Part shown: one piece after another, positions 10,624-20,617 of the stretch
Layout: the number at the start of each line of letters is the position of its first letter
How positions within the stretch are numbered: position 1 is the first letter of the stretch
Source of the DNA: Aulosira sp. ZfuVER01
GTDB taxonomy: Bacteria; Cyanobacteriota; Cyanobacteriia; Cyanobacteriales; Nostocaceae
Length of the DNA: 64,000 nt
NCBI GenBank assembly: GCA_034530615.2
Contig: JAVRCV020000028.1
Span: 64,001 to 128,000, forward strand
Direction: 5' to 3'
Made by a program: the position numbers and the translations under genes
The notes under the pieces: generated by a model
Database searches by the model: none
What the model was told of the DNA's origin: nothing
What the model saw: only the letters and a program-made list of their open reading frames with translations

Positions 10624-13600
10624 TTAATTATTCCCAGCAAAACAGTTAGAAGAATTCAGCCAAGCAGCAGAAGATTTAGGTGTATAAGAAATCAGCGTAA
10701 CTTCGCCCTTGTCATTGAATACCCAACCTGTCGCAGGCATAATTAATGCTGTCTTCCGTTTGACGGGGGTTGCAGTAGAAGTTAAAGCTGTCTGCTGTGT
10801 AGTGTCAGCCCGGATGCGGATATCTTCCCAAACAGTATCACTGCTGAGAAATTCGTCAGGTTTAGGCGGTAAACCACCACGCCCAGCATCAGTAAATGCA
10901 CTAGCCACTTTTTCATTAACAGCGCTACAGCTTTGGGCGATTTGCTGGGAAGGGTCAGTGGCGTTGATTGGCAAAGAAACTATTCCTTTGCTGGGGTCAA
11001 TATCTGGCGAACTGATGCTGACTATGCCGTTTAATTGGGGGTTGGTTTGGGAAATTGCTGTAATATCGTTAGTTGGCAGAAATTGTGGGTCAAGTTTTTC
11101 TGGGTCGGTTGTGCCTAATTTCTGCTCAAGTTCTTGCCTAGTCAGGGTTGCTAGCCCAATCACTCCTTTGGCATTGATTTCGATTGTCCCACCACTACCA
11201 GAGAAAGCATTCGCAGAGATATCGTTATTTTCGACAGAAGGAGAGACAATAAAGCCTCGGTTAGGATCTAGATTAATGGCGATCGCACCGCCATCGCCAC
11301 CTGCACCTTGTCTGCCTGCGGTAGTCGAGACCACGCTGTTGCGACGAAACAGCAATAAATCTTGCAAGTTGAGGCTAATACTACCGCCTTGTCCGCTATT
11401 GGTGTCGGCGGTAATTTTGGCTTGATTATCCAGAAAAAGGCGATTAGCGCTCATGCTAATACTACCTGCGACACCTGTTCCCTGGCTATCTACAGTGATT
11501 TTTGCATCATCTTTAATAATGGCTTGCCCTGATGCAACATGAATTGTCCCACCATTGCCAGTAGAGTTTACTTCTGTATTGGCGAACAGTCCACTATATT
11601 GATTAATCGGGCCGAGGATGCGTTTAATTTCGCCATCATTTTGCGGGACAACAAAATTGTAGCTATCTTTAATTTGATAAAGTTGCTGTTTTAGTTCATT
11701 GAATTGTTGAACGTAAGTAGGGTCTTGCGCAGCAATTATAATTTGATCGAGTCCATTTAAGTTATTAATCAAGTTCTTAATTGGTTCGAGTATGTTACTA
11801 ATTTCTGGGTTACTTGCAACCAGAAGAAAATCATAGCTATTTTTAAATTGATCGATTCGTTGTTTCAGTTCATTAACTAGTTGATTGGAACTAGGGTTTT
11901 CCAACAATGCACTCAAGTTATTAATTAAGTTACTAATCGGGTCGAGTATATTTCTAGGTTCTTGGTCATTTTCAGCTATAAAAGCATCGTAGATAGCTTT
12001 CAGGATATCAAGTCGGCTTTTCAGTTCATTAAAGCGTTGTTCATATTCATAATTTTGTCCAGCAATCTTAATATTATTGCTTGCACTAATTTTGATACTA
12101 CCGGCTTGTCCACTTCTATAGGCGTTAGTGATAATTTGTCCCCCACCTGTAAGCTCAAGATTATTTACATCAATATCAATATTTCCGCCACGACCGCTAC
12201 TTTTAGAAGGAGCGCTCAAAACACCTCCATCACTAATAGTTAGATTGCCAGTTTTAATAGTGATATTGCCACCAGAACCAGCATCTGGATTTTCACTTTC
12301 AGTATTCACAGATAATCCACTGGAAAATCTAATCAAAGGTGCTGCCCCAGAAATAGTAACAGAAGCAGCCGCTTGATCTTCATCGTTGAGAGGGTTAATA
12401 GTAATATTGCCACCTTTACCACTACCAAAAGTTTCAGCATTAATTCTTGCTCCCTCTGTTAGGGAAAGAGACTGTGTTTTGATATTGATATTACCTGCAT
12501 CACCACTGCCAAAAGTTTGGCCATCAATTCTTGATATATCACTTAAAGATAATGACTGAGTAATTATATTCAAATTACCTGCGTTGCCACTGCCAAAAGT
12601 TGTAGCTTGAATCAGTGATTCATTACTAAAAGAAATTTCCTGAGCCTTGATGTTGACATTACCTGCATTTCCCTGCAAATAAGTTCTAGCATTTAAAATA
12701 GAGTTATCTGTAAAAGATACTGTTTTCTCTGCCGTAATATAGACATTACCGCTATCTCCTGAACCCAAGGTACTAGCATTTAAAATAGAGTGGTTTGTTA
12801 AAAACAAAGAATCAGCATTTATATGAATATCACCACCACCAGCACCTTCTTGATGAGATAAATTTTGCAGAGCTACGGTAATTTTATTAGTGCCAGTGTT
12901 TATACTACTCTCGGAAAGCGAGACTGCACCACCAGTTGTGTTAACAGTTATGCTTCCTGCTTTTCCAGTTCCTTGAGTATTAGCTAATAGAGAACTGTTA
13001 TTATTAAGAGATACTGAGCTAGCCTCAACATTAATGTCTCCTCCCTTCCCTGCACTATAAGTTGTAGTTTCCAGATTACTGTTATTTATCAATAAATCTC
13101 CTAGAGATTTAACTACTATATTTCCGACATCATTACCATCCACAAAATTACTATTATTTATTTGGGAGTTTTCAATCGTGACTTTTTGGGGAGAAAAGTC
13201 TGCATATTCTGAAGCTCCAATAAATATTCTGCCAAGATTACCGGTACTGGAGATTTTGCTTGAGTTCTCAATCCTGACTTCTTGACGCGCATTAATAGCT
13301 ATATCTCCTGCATAGCCAGAGCCGCCAATATTACTAATATTTAAATTAGAGCCATTTAAATAGATAGAACCACCAGTAGAGTTGATACTGATGCGGCTAT
13401 AGTCATTATTATTAGAATTACTAGAAGCTTTGATATTAGCTACATCAATATCACCAGGGGCTTCAATAGTTACATCTCCACCCGCTTGTAAACTACCTTG
13501 TAAGTCGAGATTACCAGCGATGAAGCTCAAATCTTGCCCAACGCTTAAATTCCCGCTATTACTAATACTTCCCGACTGATTTCCATCAAACTGCAACCCC

Positions 13601-14220
13601 GGACGCAAGTTGACTGTGAGTAGTGGCGCTGTTTCAGGATGAGCGGCGCTGAACTTCAAGCCATTTTCAAAGACAAAGCTATTGGCTGTCGTCGCCAGAA
13701 ACGAACCTGCAACATCTAAACGAGCATTCGACCCAAAAATAATACCATTGGGATTAAGGAAGAATAGATTTGCTCTGCCATCCACACCTAAAGTCCCGAA
13801 AATCTTTGAGGGGTCGCTACCTGTGACGCGAGTGAAGATATTTTCAATACCTGCGGGATTGGCAAAGTAGACTCGTTGTCCATCACCGACGTTGAATTGC
13901 AAGAAACTCTGGAATAAATTGATACCTCTGTTAGCTCCGCCTTCAATCAAGGTTGCAGGTAATCCTTGAACGTTGGTATTTGGGATCAATTTTGTACTTT
14001 CTGCGCCTAATGTGCTATCTGGAATAATTTGAGCGCGTGCAGAATTTGTCAATGCAGTAGTCATTGTTAGTATAATTATTAACCTTATTTGCCATAAATG
14101 TTGCCAATTAGCTCGAACCATGTCAGTATTGTTCCGCAAGTCTCGTGGAGACTTATTTATACGTAAAAATATTAAAAATAAGTAGATTTTTGGATAAAAA
14201 TCATTCAACATTCTACTCAT
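10624..14220 (-). CDS. TpsA filamentous-haemagglutinin-family exoprotein (copy 1); true start may be the later ATG (MVRANW)
   Basis: TPS secretion domain (NLFQSF...NPNGIIFG), G/N-rich beta-helical repeats, C-terminal SC...GRGGLPP...ATGW tail. Confidence 0.9.
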   Translation of the reverse strand: MSRMLNDFYPKIYLFLIFLRINKSPRDLRNNTDMVRANWQHLWQIRLIIILTMTTALTNSARAQIIPDSTLGAESTKLIPNTNVQGLPATLIEGGANRGINLFQSFLQFNVGDGQRVYFANPAGIENIFTRVTGSDPSKIFGTLGVDGRANLFFLNPNGIIFGSNARLDVAGSFLATTANSFVFENGLKFSAAHPETAPLLTVNLRPGLQFDGNQSGSISNSGNLSVGQDLSFIAGNLDLQGSLQAGGDVTIEAPGDIDVANIKASSNSNNNDYSRISINSTGGSIYLNGSNLNISNIGGSGYAGDIAINARQEVRIENSSKISSTGNLGRIFIGASEYADFSPQKVTIENSQINNSNFVDGNDVGNIVVKSLGDLLINNSNLETTTYSAGKGGDINVEASSVSLNNNSSLLANTQGTGKAGSITVNTTGGAVSLSESSINTGTNKITVALQNLSHQEGAGGGDIHINADSLFLTNHSILNASTLGSGDSGNVYITAEKTVSFTDNSILNARTYLQGNAGNVNIKAQEISFSNESLIQATTFGSGNAGNLNIITQSLSLSDISRIDGQTFGSGDAGNINIKTQSLSLTEGARINAETFGSGKGGNITINPLNDEDQAAASVTISGAAPLIRFSSGLSVNTESENPDAGSGGNITIKTGNLTISDGGVLSAPSKSSGRGGNIDIDVNNLELTGGGQIITNAYRSGQAGSIKISASNNIKIAGQNYEYEQRFNELKSRLDILKAIYDAFIAENDQEPRNILDPISNLINNLSALLENPSSNQLVNELKQRIDQFKNSYDFLLVASNPEISNILEPIKNLINNLNGLDQIIIAAQDPTYVQQFNELKQQLYQIKDSYNFVVPQNDGEIKRILGPINQYSGLFANTEVNSTGNGGTIHVASGQAIIKDDAKITVDSQGTGVAGSISMSANRLFLDNQAKITADTNSGQGGSISLNLQDLLLFRRNSVVSTTAGRQGAGGDGGAIAINLDPNRGFIVSPSVENNDISANAFSGSGGTIEINAKGVIGLATLTRQELEQKLGTTDPEKLDPQFLPTNDITAISQTNPQLNGIVSISSPDIDPSKGIVSLPINATDPSQQIAQSCSAVNEKVASAFTDAGRGGLPPKPDEFLSSDTVWEDIRIRADTTQQTALTSTATPVKRKTALIMPATGWVFNDKGEVTLISYTPKSSAAWLNSSNCFAGNN

Positions 14221-14365
14221 CTCCTAAGGCAAATGGCGAGGATTTTCAGTAGTGTTAAGTAACTAATAAAACTCCGTAAATAAAGTTAGAGAATTGAATA
14301 GAAAAAGAGCTTATTTTAATCCGCGTTGATGTTGAGTTCAGGACTAAAGCCGTGACTACATACTG

Positions 14366-17300
14366 TCATCGGGTTTTAGCTGCACAGTTAGAGGAATTTA
14401 ACCAAGCCGCAGAAGATTTCGGTGTATGAGATATGAGGGTGACTTCGCCCTTATCGTTGAATACCCAACCTGTCGCAGGCATAATTAATACCGTCTTCTG
14501 TTTGACGGGGGTTGCAGTTGCAGCAGGAATGGAATTTGACTGCTGTGTTGTACTAGCCCGGATGCGGATATCTTCCCAAACAGTATCACTGCTGAGAAAT
14601 TCGTCAGGTTTAGGCGGTAAACCACCACGCCCAGCATCAGTAAATGCACTAGCCACTTTTTCATTAACCGCGCTACAACTTTGAGCTATTTGCTGGGAAG
14701 GGTCAGTGGCGTTGATTGGTAAAGCAACAATTCCTTTGCTGGGGTCAATATCTGGGGAACTGATGCTGACTATGCCATTTAATTGGGGGTTGGTTTGAGA
14801 AATCGCTGTAATATCGTTAGTTGGCAGAAATTGGGGGTCAAGTTTTTCCGGGTCGGTTGTGCCTAATTTCTGCTCAAGTTCTTGCCTAGTCAGCGTTGCT
14901 AGCCCAATCACTCCTTTGGCATTGATTTCGATTGTCCCACCGCTACCAGAGAAAGCATTCGCAGAGATATCGTTATTTTCAACAGCAGGGGAAACAATAA
15001 AGCCTCGATCGGGATCTAGATTAATGGCGATCGCACCGCCATCGCCACCTGCACCTTGTCTGCCTGCGGTAGTCGAGACCACGCTGTTGCGACGAAACAG
15101 CAATAAATCTTGCAAGTTGAGGCTAATACTACCGCCTTGTCCGCTATTGGTGTCGGCGGTAATTTTGGCTTGATTATCCAGAAAAAGGCGATTAGCGCTC
15201 ATGCTAATACTACCTGCGACACCTGTTCCCTGGCTATCTACAGTGATTTTTGCATCATCTTTAATAATGGCTTGCCCTGATGCAACATGAATTGTCCCAC
15301 CATTGCCAGTAGAGTTTACTTCTGTATTGGCGAATAGTCCACTATATTGATTAATCGAGCCGAGGATGCGTTTAATTTCGCTATCATTTTGCGGGACAAC
15401 AAAATCGTAGGTATCTTTAATTGAATTGAATTGATTTTTTAGTTCATTTAGTCGTTGATCGTATGCTAAGTCTTGACCAGCGATCGCAACATTATCGGTT
15501 GCATTAATTTTGATGTTACCAGCTTGTCCACTTCTATAGGTGTTAGTAACAATTTGTCCACCGCCTGCAATATCAATATTATTGACATTAACGTTGATAT
15601 TGCCACCGCTGCCGCTACTTTTAGAGGAAGCGCTCAAAACAGCACCATCTTTAAGGTTCAAATTACCAGTATTAATAGTTATATTGCCGCCAGGCCCCGC
15701 ATCTAGTTGTTCGCTTTCGGTATTAACAAAGAATCCGCTAGAAAATCCATTTAAAGGTGATGCACCAGATATGGTGACAGAAGCAGCAGATTGTTCTTGA
15801 GAGTTAAGAGGATTAATAGTAATATTGCCACCTTTACCACTAGCAAAAGTATCGGCATTGATTCTCGAACCCTCTGTTAAAGAAAGAGACTGTGTTTGTA
15901 TATTGGCATTACCGGCATTACCGCTACCAAAAGTTTGAGCATCGATTCTTGATGTATTGCTTAAGGTCAATAACTGAGTGTTTATCTCTAGATTACCTGC
16001 ATTACCACTGCCAAAAGTTTCCGCTTGAATTAGCGATTCATTACTGAAAGAAAGCTCCTGAGTTTTGATATTGACATTGCCAGCATTTCCAGTGTAATAA
16101 GTTCTCGCATTTAAAGTAGAACTGTCTGTAAAAGATACTGTTTTATCTGCTGTAATATAGACGTTACCACCGTTTCCTGAACCAAAAGTACTAGCATTTA
16201 AAAGAGAGTGTTTTGTTAATAGAAAAGAATTAGCAGTGATATTAATATCACCACCACCCTGACCTTCTTTTTTTTCTACATTTTGGGGTTCTGTGGGAAG
16301 TAGCCCATCGCTACCAGTGTTGATACTGCTTTCAGAAAGCGATACTGCACCACCAGTTGTGTTAACAGTTACGCTTCCTGCTTTTCCAGATCCTTGAGTA
16401 TTAGCCAATAGAGAACTTTGGTTACTCAAAGATACTGAGTTAGCCTTAACGCTAATATTTCCTCCATTCCCTGAACCATAAGTTGCAGTTTCTAGATTAC
16501 TGCTAGTAAGAAATAAGCCTCCAAGAGATTGAACTATGATATTTCCAGCATCTTTAGTAAGGATATTTTCTTGATTATTACCTTCTACTAAGTTGATAGC
16601 GGTCAAGAAAGTATGGTCAAGTGTGACTTTATTAGGGATGATTGACATTTCATCAAAAGTATTGCCAATTAAGATATTTCCAAAATAGCCATTACTAAAA
16701 ATTCCATTATTTGGAGTCCTATCACTAGCAGAATTGTCAATAAGAGAAATCTCATTTAGCGCATTAATAATTATATTTCCAGCATAACCACCACCTGTAT
16801 TAGTTGTACTCACCCTTGAATGATTCACCTGTACCGAGTCTTGATTGGCAGTAATTTGAATATAGCCAGGTAAAAAGTAAGTATTGGAATCATTAGGATT
16901 AATGACTAAGCTATTACTTTCACTAGTTATTTGGCTGTCATTAATAGAGATATCTTTCTCACTAGCATGAATCTCGATAGATCCAGCTTCTCCTAAGCCA
17001 TTATTATCTGTTTTTAGAGTAGCTGCTTTTAGGGATATTGCACCAGCTTCAATACTAATATTACCTGCATCACCTGTACCACTTAAGACATCGCTATTTA
17101 GCCAAGAATCGAAAATATTCACTGTACTGGGAGAGAAGTTGGCATATTCTGATTTGCCAATAAAAATTCTGCCATAATTTCCAGTACTAGAAATTTGAGT
17201 TTTATTCTCTACCCTAACTTCGTTACGAGCGCTAATATTTATATCTCCAGCGTAGCCTGAACTAGCATTGTTAGTATTCAGATGAGACCCATTTAAGTAG

Positions 17301-19108
17301 ACAGAACCATTCGTAGATTTGATATTTATGCTGCTAAATTCTTTACCATTTGAACTATTAGCTCCATCCGTGAAATGGCTAGAGGCTGTTATATTACCTA
17401 AATAAATATCACCAGGAGCTTCAATCGTTACGTCTCCAGCAAATCCATTGGGTGTTGCCGATACAATATCTCCTAATCTTGTATCAATTCCCCCATTTTT
17501 ACTAATGAGGGTAATATTACCTCCATTTCCACTACTAGTCTGAACTAAATTTGAAAGCAATGGACTTCCAATGCGAATATTGTTATTAGCAAGGAATTGG
17601 ATATTATTATTACTGTCAATACCATAAGAAATATCAATTACGCCATTAGTTGTGATATCACTTCGGGAATCAATGATAACATCACCAAAAGTTTGGATAA
17701 GATTAGTTGTAATTTTGCCAGGTAATTGATTAGGAGCGTACTGATTATTTAAAAGGATTTTGCCCTTGATAGGTTCACCAGTGCCAGAATAATTTAAATT
17801 GACAATTCTACCGATATTAATATCTGCACTTGAAGGTGGTGCGTTAGGGTTAATGATGCCAATAGCACCAGGAATCGGATTTGGTGTTAGCCCGGGAGTC
17901 CCAAAAGCATTAGTTCCAGCGCGAATATCTAAAGTTGGTTCCAATGCACCATTAATAGCAACAGAATTCGTGCCATTAGGGAGGCTGGTTGATAGTGGTA
18001 CATTTTCTGTGATGGCGTTAGTTGCATCTGCACCAGTAATTGTAATACTGCCAATATTTACAGAACCTCCTGCGAATATGTGCAAAGAAGCGCCTTGATA
18101 ACTATTGAAACTCACATCTCCACTAGCACGAATGATGGGATCTCCAGGACTTTTAAGATTGCCCAAATTGCCGTCGAGTTTCTCAATGCGAAAATGGCCA
18201 CCAGCCCAGTAGTGCGCATCTCCAGCTACAGCATTGGGACTGCGCAACACCATATCGCTACCAGAGAACAAGCTACTTTGAGGGTGATTGAGGGCAAAGA
18301 TATCGACAGCGCGATCGCCTTGTACAATTAACTGATTACCTGCACTAGCAATGAATGAATTTGCAGCTGTATCTCTGAGTTTGACGGTATCTTGAGCCTG
18401 TAGTGTTAAATCTCTGCCAGCCTGTAACTTACCTTGTAAGTCGAGATTACCAGCGATGAGACTCAAATCTTGCCCGACGCTTAAATTCGCTGTATTGCGA
18501 ATACTTGCAGGCTGATTTGCACCAAACTGCAACCCCGGACGCAAGCTGACTGTCAGTAGTGGTGCGGCTTCGGGATTTGTGGCGCTGAACTTTAAGCCAT
18601 TTTCAAAGACAAAGCTATTGGCTGTTGTCGCCAGAAATGAACCTGGAACATCTAAACGGGCATTTGAGCCAAAAATAATACCATTGGGATTAAGGAAGAA
18701 CAGATTTGCTCTGCCATCCACACCCAAAGTACCGAAAATCTTTGAGGGATCGCTACCTGTGACGCGAGTGAAGATGTTTTCAATACCTGCGGGATTGGCA
18801 AAGTAGACTCGTTGTCCATCACTTACGTTGAATTGTAAGAAACTCTGGAATAAATTGATACCTCTGCTAGCTCCGCCTTCAATCAAGGTGGCGGGTAATC
18901 CTTGAACGTTGGCATTTGGTGTCAATTTGGTACTTTCTGCACCTAATGTGCCATCTGGGACAATTTGAGCCTGTACAGAATCTAGAAATGTAGTAATTAT
19001 GCTACTGATAGTTAGTACAATTACTAAGCCAAATTTTCGTAACTGTTGGTGATTAGCTCGAAGGATGGCAGTATTAGCCTTAGAGTTTTCAGCGCTTATG
19101 GTATACAC
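14366..19108 (-). CDS. TpsA filamentous-haemagglutinin-family exoprotein (copy 2); start uncertain
   Basis: Same TPS domain and C-terminal tail as copy 1, with a longer central repeat region. Confidence 0.9.
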   Translation of the reverse strand: MYTISAENSKANTAILRANHQQLRKFGLVIVLTISSIITTFLDSVQAQIVPDGTLGAESTKLTPNANVQGLPATLIEGGASRGINLFQSFLQFNVSDGQRVYFANPAGIENIFTRVTGSDPSKIFGTLGVDGRANLFFLNPNGIIFGSNARLDVPGSFLATTANSFVFENGLKFSATNPEAAPLLTVSLRPGLQFGANQPASIRNTANLSVGQDLSLIAGNLDLQGKLQAGRDLTLQAQDTVKLRDTAANSFIASAGNQLIVQGDRAVDIFALNHPQSSLFSGSDMVLRSPNAVAGDAHYWAGGHFRIEKLDGNLGNLKSPGDPIIRASGDVSFNSYQGASLHIFAGGSVNIGSITITGADATNAITENVPLSTSLPNGTNSVAINGALEPTLDIRAGTNAFGTPGLTPNPIPGAIGIINPNAPPSSADINIGRIVNLNYSGTGEPIKGKILLNNQYAPNQLPGKITTNLIQTFGDVIIDSRSDITTNGVIDISYGIDSNNNIQFLANNNIRIGSPLLSNLVQTSSGNGGNITLISKNGGIDTRLGDIVSATPNGFAGDVTIEAPGDIYLGNITASSHFTDGANSSNGKEFSSINIKSTNGSVYLNGSHLNTNNASSGYAGDINISARNEVRVENKTQISSTGNYGRIFIGKSEYANFSPSTVNIFDSWLNSDVLSGTGDAGNISIEAGAISLKAATLKTDNNGLGEAGSIEIHASEKDISINDSQITSESNSLVINPNDSNTYFLPGYIQITANQDSVQVNHSRVSTTNTGGGYAGNIIINALNEISLIDNSASDRTPNNGIFSNGYFGNILIGNTFDEMSIIPNKVTLDHTFLTAINLVEGNNQENILTKDAGNIIVQSLGGLFLTSSNLETATYGSGNGGNISVKANSVSLSNQSSLLANTQGSGKAGSVTVNTTGGAVSLSESSINTGSDGLLPTEPQNVEKKEGQGGGDINITANSFLLTKHSLLNASTFGSGNGGNVYITADKTVSFTDSSTLNARTYYTGNAGNVNIKTQELSFSNESLIQAETFGSGNAGNLEINTQLLTLSNTSRIDAQTFGSGNAGNANIQTQSLSLTEGSRINADTFASGKGGNITINPLNSQEQSAASVTISGASPLNGFSSGFFVNTESEQLDAGPGGNITINTGNLNLKDGAVLSASSKSSGSGGNINVNVNNIDIAGGGQIVTNTYRSGQAGNIKINATDNVAIAGQDLAYDQRLNELKNQFNSIKDTYDFVVPQNDSEIKRILGSINQYSGLFANTEVNSTGNGGTIHVASGQAIIKDDAKITVDSQGTGVAGSISMSANRLFLDNQAKITADTNSGQGGSISLNLQDLLLFRRNSVVSTTAGRQGAGGDGGAIAINLDPDRGFIVSPAVENNDISANAFSGSGGTIEINAKGVIGLATLTRQELEQKLGTTDPEKLDPQFLPTNDITAISQTNPQLNGIVSISSPDIDPSKGIVALPINATDPSQQIAQSCSAVNEKVASAFTDAGRGGLPPKPDEFLSSDTVWEDIRIRASTTQQSNSIPAATATPVKQKTVLIMPATGWVFNDKGEVTLISHTPKSSAAWLNSSNCAAKTR

Positions 19109-19320
19109 AATTATTAGATAAATTAAGTAGATTTTTGGTTAAAAATTATCCAACATTCTACTCATATACCAGGGTAAATGGCGAGGTCGATGATTTTCTA
19201 AGCCTTGTAGTAAAAAAGACATAAATCTAAAATTTTATGAAGTGCGATCGCACCTGTAGCGGTTTGTCCTTGCGATCGCAACGCTCTATAAACTTATACT
19301 CTCAAGCAAACATATAAAAA

Positions 19321-19347
19321 TACCCGGTTTCTTTTGGAAAACCGGGT
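19321..19347. terminator. Strong hairpin between the DUF928 gene and tpsA (terminator or REP-like repeat)
   Basis: TACCCGGTTTC-ttttg-GAAACCGGGTA perfect 11-bp stem. Confidence 0.45.
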
Positions 19348-19507
19348 ATGTAACTAATTATTGATTCATTGAAAGCAGCAGGAAAATCTATTCCCTTGTG
19401 ATGGAGAGAGACAACCGCCCCACAGCATAGGGTATAGGAAAGTTTACCAATGCCCTATGCCCCATTCCCCATGCCCAAAAACTCTACCCACAAGGGGATG
19501 GAGTTTT

Positions 19508-20446
19508 TCATTTTTGAGGAGTACAACATGGCAACAAGGGCTTATCTGTAACCTCCTCAAGGTTCACTGACTTCAATAAATCTGCCCAGTATTGTTGGAC
19601 TTCAGTATTAGTGGGATTCTGACGGCGTAAATCAGCTAAAATGCTGAGTGCATTTTCCCAAAATCCAGCGGTTGCATACAGAACAGCACGATCTAAAGGT
19701 TTTGGAGTCTCTTGTATCTGCTCTGCAATGTTCTCATCCTGCATGAGTTCAATTTTACCTTCTAGATACACATCGCGATCGCGGCTGTTAGGATCGCAAA
19801 TCATGGAAAAACTCCAAGTATACTCTTTGTCTGCTTTTAAAGATGGTTGGTTAGCAGGTAAAGTTACACTTACAATTCCAGCTTGCCGAACTGCTGGGAA
19901 ACTTTCTTTATATAACGGATCTGTATTCTCGTCATCCCGCAAAGCAAATTCTATTCCTGCTACTGTTTCAGAAGTTTTAGGAATATAGAAGAAGAATGTC
20001 GGATGGTCATTTGTGGTATGTTGCGCTTCTTTACTGCTGGGAATCAAAGGAATAGCAATCTCTGCATTCTGGAAACACGATCCTCGTGATGCTGCTGACC
20101 TTACCCTACCTGGTTTGCCGGGAACAAAACCAATCAAACTTCTGCGGCCTTGAATATAACCTGTGACATTCCTAATTGCCGCAGTCGCATATCTATCTCC
20201 GGGACGTAGTTGTGCTGCTTGCTGAAAAAATCCCAAAGCTTTGCGGTAGTTTCTCTGCCTAGTAGCAGTGTAGCCCGATCGCATATATTGGTCATAAGCA
20301 GACTTTGCTTGTGCTACTTGATAAACTGAATCTGCTGCTAAAAGTTTGCTAGTACTGATAGCGCTAAAAGGTAGACATACTAAAACAGCAAACAGATAAC
20401 TTTTCCACAATTTACCTTTCATAATCTTTATATCAGCTGGTACCAC
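19508..20446 (-). CDS. DUF928 domain-containing exported protein with N-terminal TPR-like helix
   Basis: ASRGSC, PTFFFYIP, YTWSFSMIC, LYATAGFW and W..LL.SV.L pattern recalled for DUF928; signal-peptide-like start (ATG 20422 likely). Confidence 0.85.
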   Translation of the reverse strand: MVPADIKIMKGKLWKSYLFAVLVCLPFSAISTSKLLAADSVYQVAQAKSAYDQYMRSGYTATRQRNYRKALGFFQQAAQLRPGDRYATAAIRNVTGYIQGRRSLIGFVPGKPGRVRSAASRGSCFQNAEIAIPLIPSSKEAQHTTNDHPTFFFYIPKTSETVAGIEFALRDDENTDPLYKESFPAVRQAGIVSVTLPANQPSLKADKEYTWSFSMICDPNSRDRDVYLEGKIELMQDENIAEQIQETPKPLDRAVLYATAGFWENALSILADLRRQNPTNTEVQQYWADLLKSVNLEEVTDKPLLPCCTPQK

Positions 20447-20617
20447 TGTACTAAGTTTCTAATACAGTCAAAGCTTTTTTTTATAACGATTTTCTGAGAT
20501 GCAAACCTAATATAATTACAAACTTCATGTTAAAAGCCCTGAATGTATGTATGTCTACATAGATATACATACTTACGTTAGACAGGGGATGACAATTACT
20601 AGTTCCCAATAGAACTG

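Noticed and set aside
10709..18806. Plus-strand ORFs overlapping the tpsA genes (and similar antisense ORFs elsewhere)
   Set aside because: Shadow frames of well-supported genes, with no recognisable motifs
10624..19108. CDI toxin system
   Set aside because: No VENN/DUF637-type pre-toxin motif, the C-termini are conserved rather than polymorphic, and no small immunity ORFs follow
20544..20559. NtcA box TGTA-N8-TACA upstream of the DUF928 gene
   Set aside because: The match is part of a larger GTAT-rich hairpin and no -10 element lies at the canonical ~22-nt spacing
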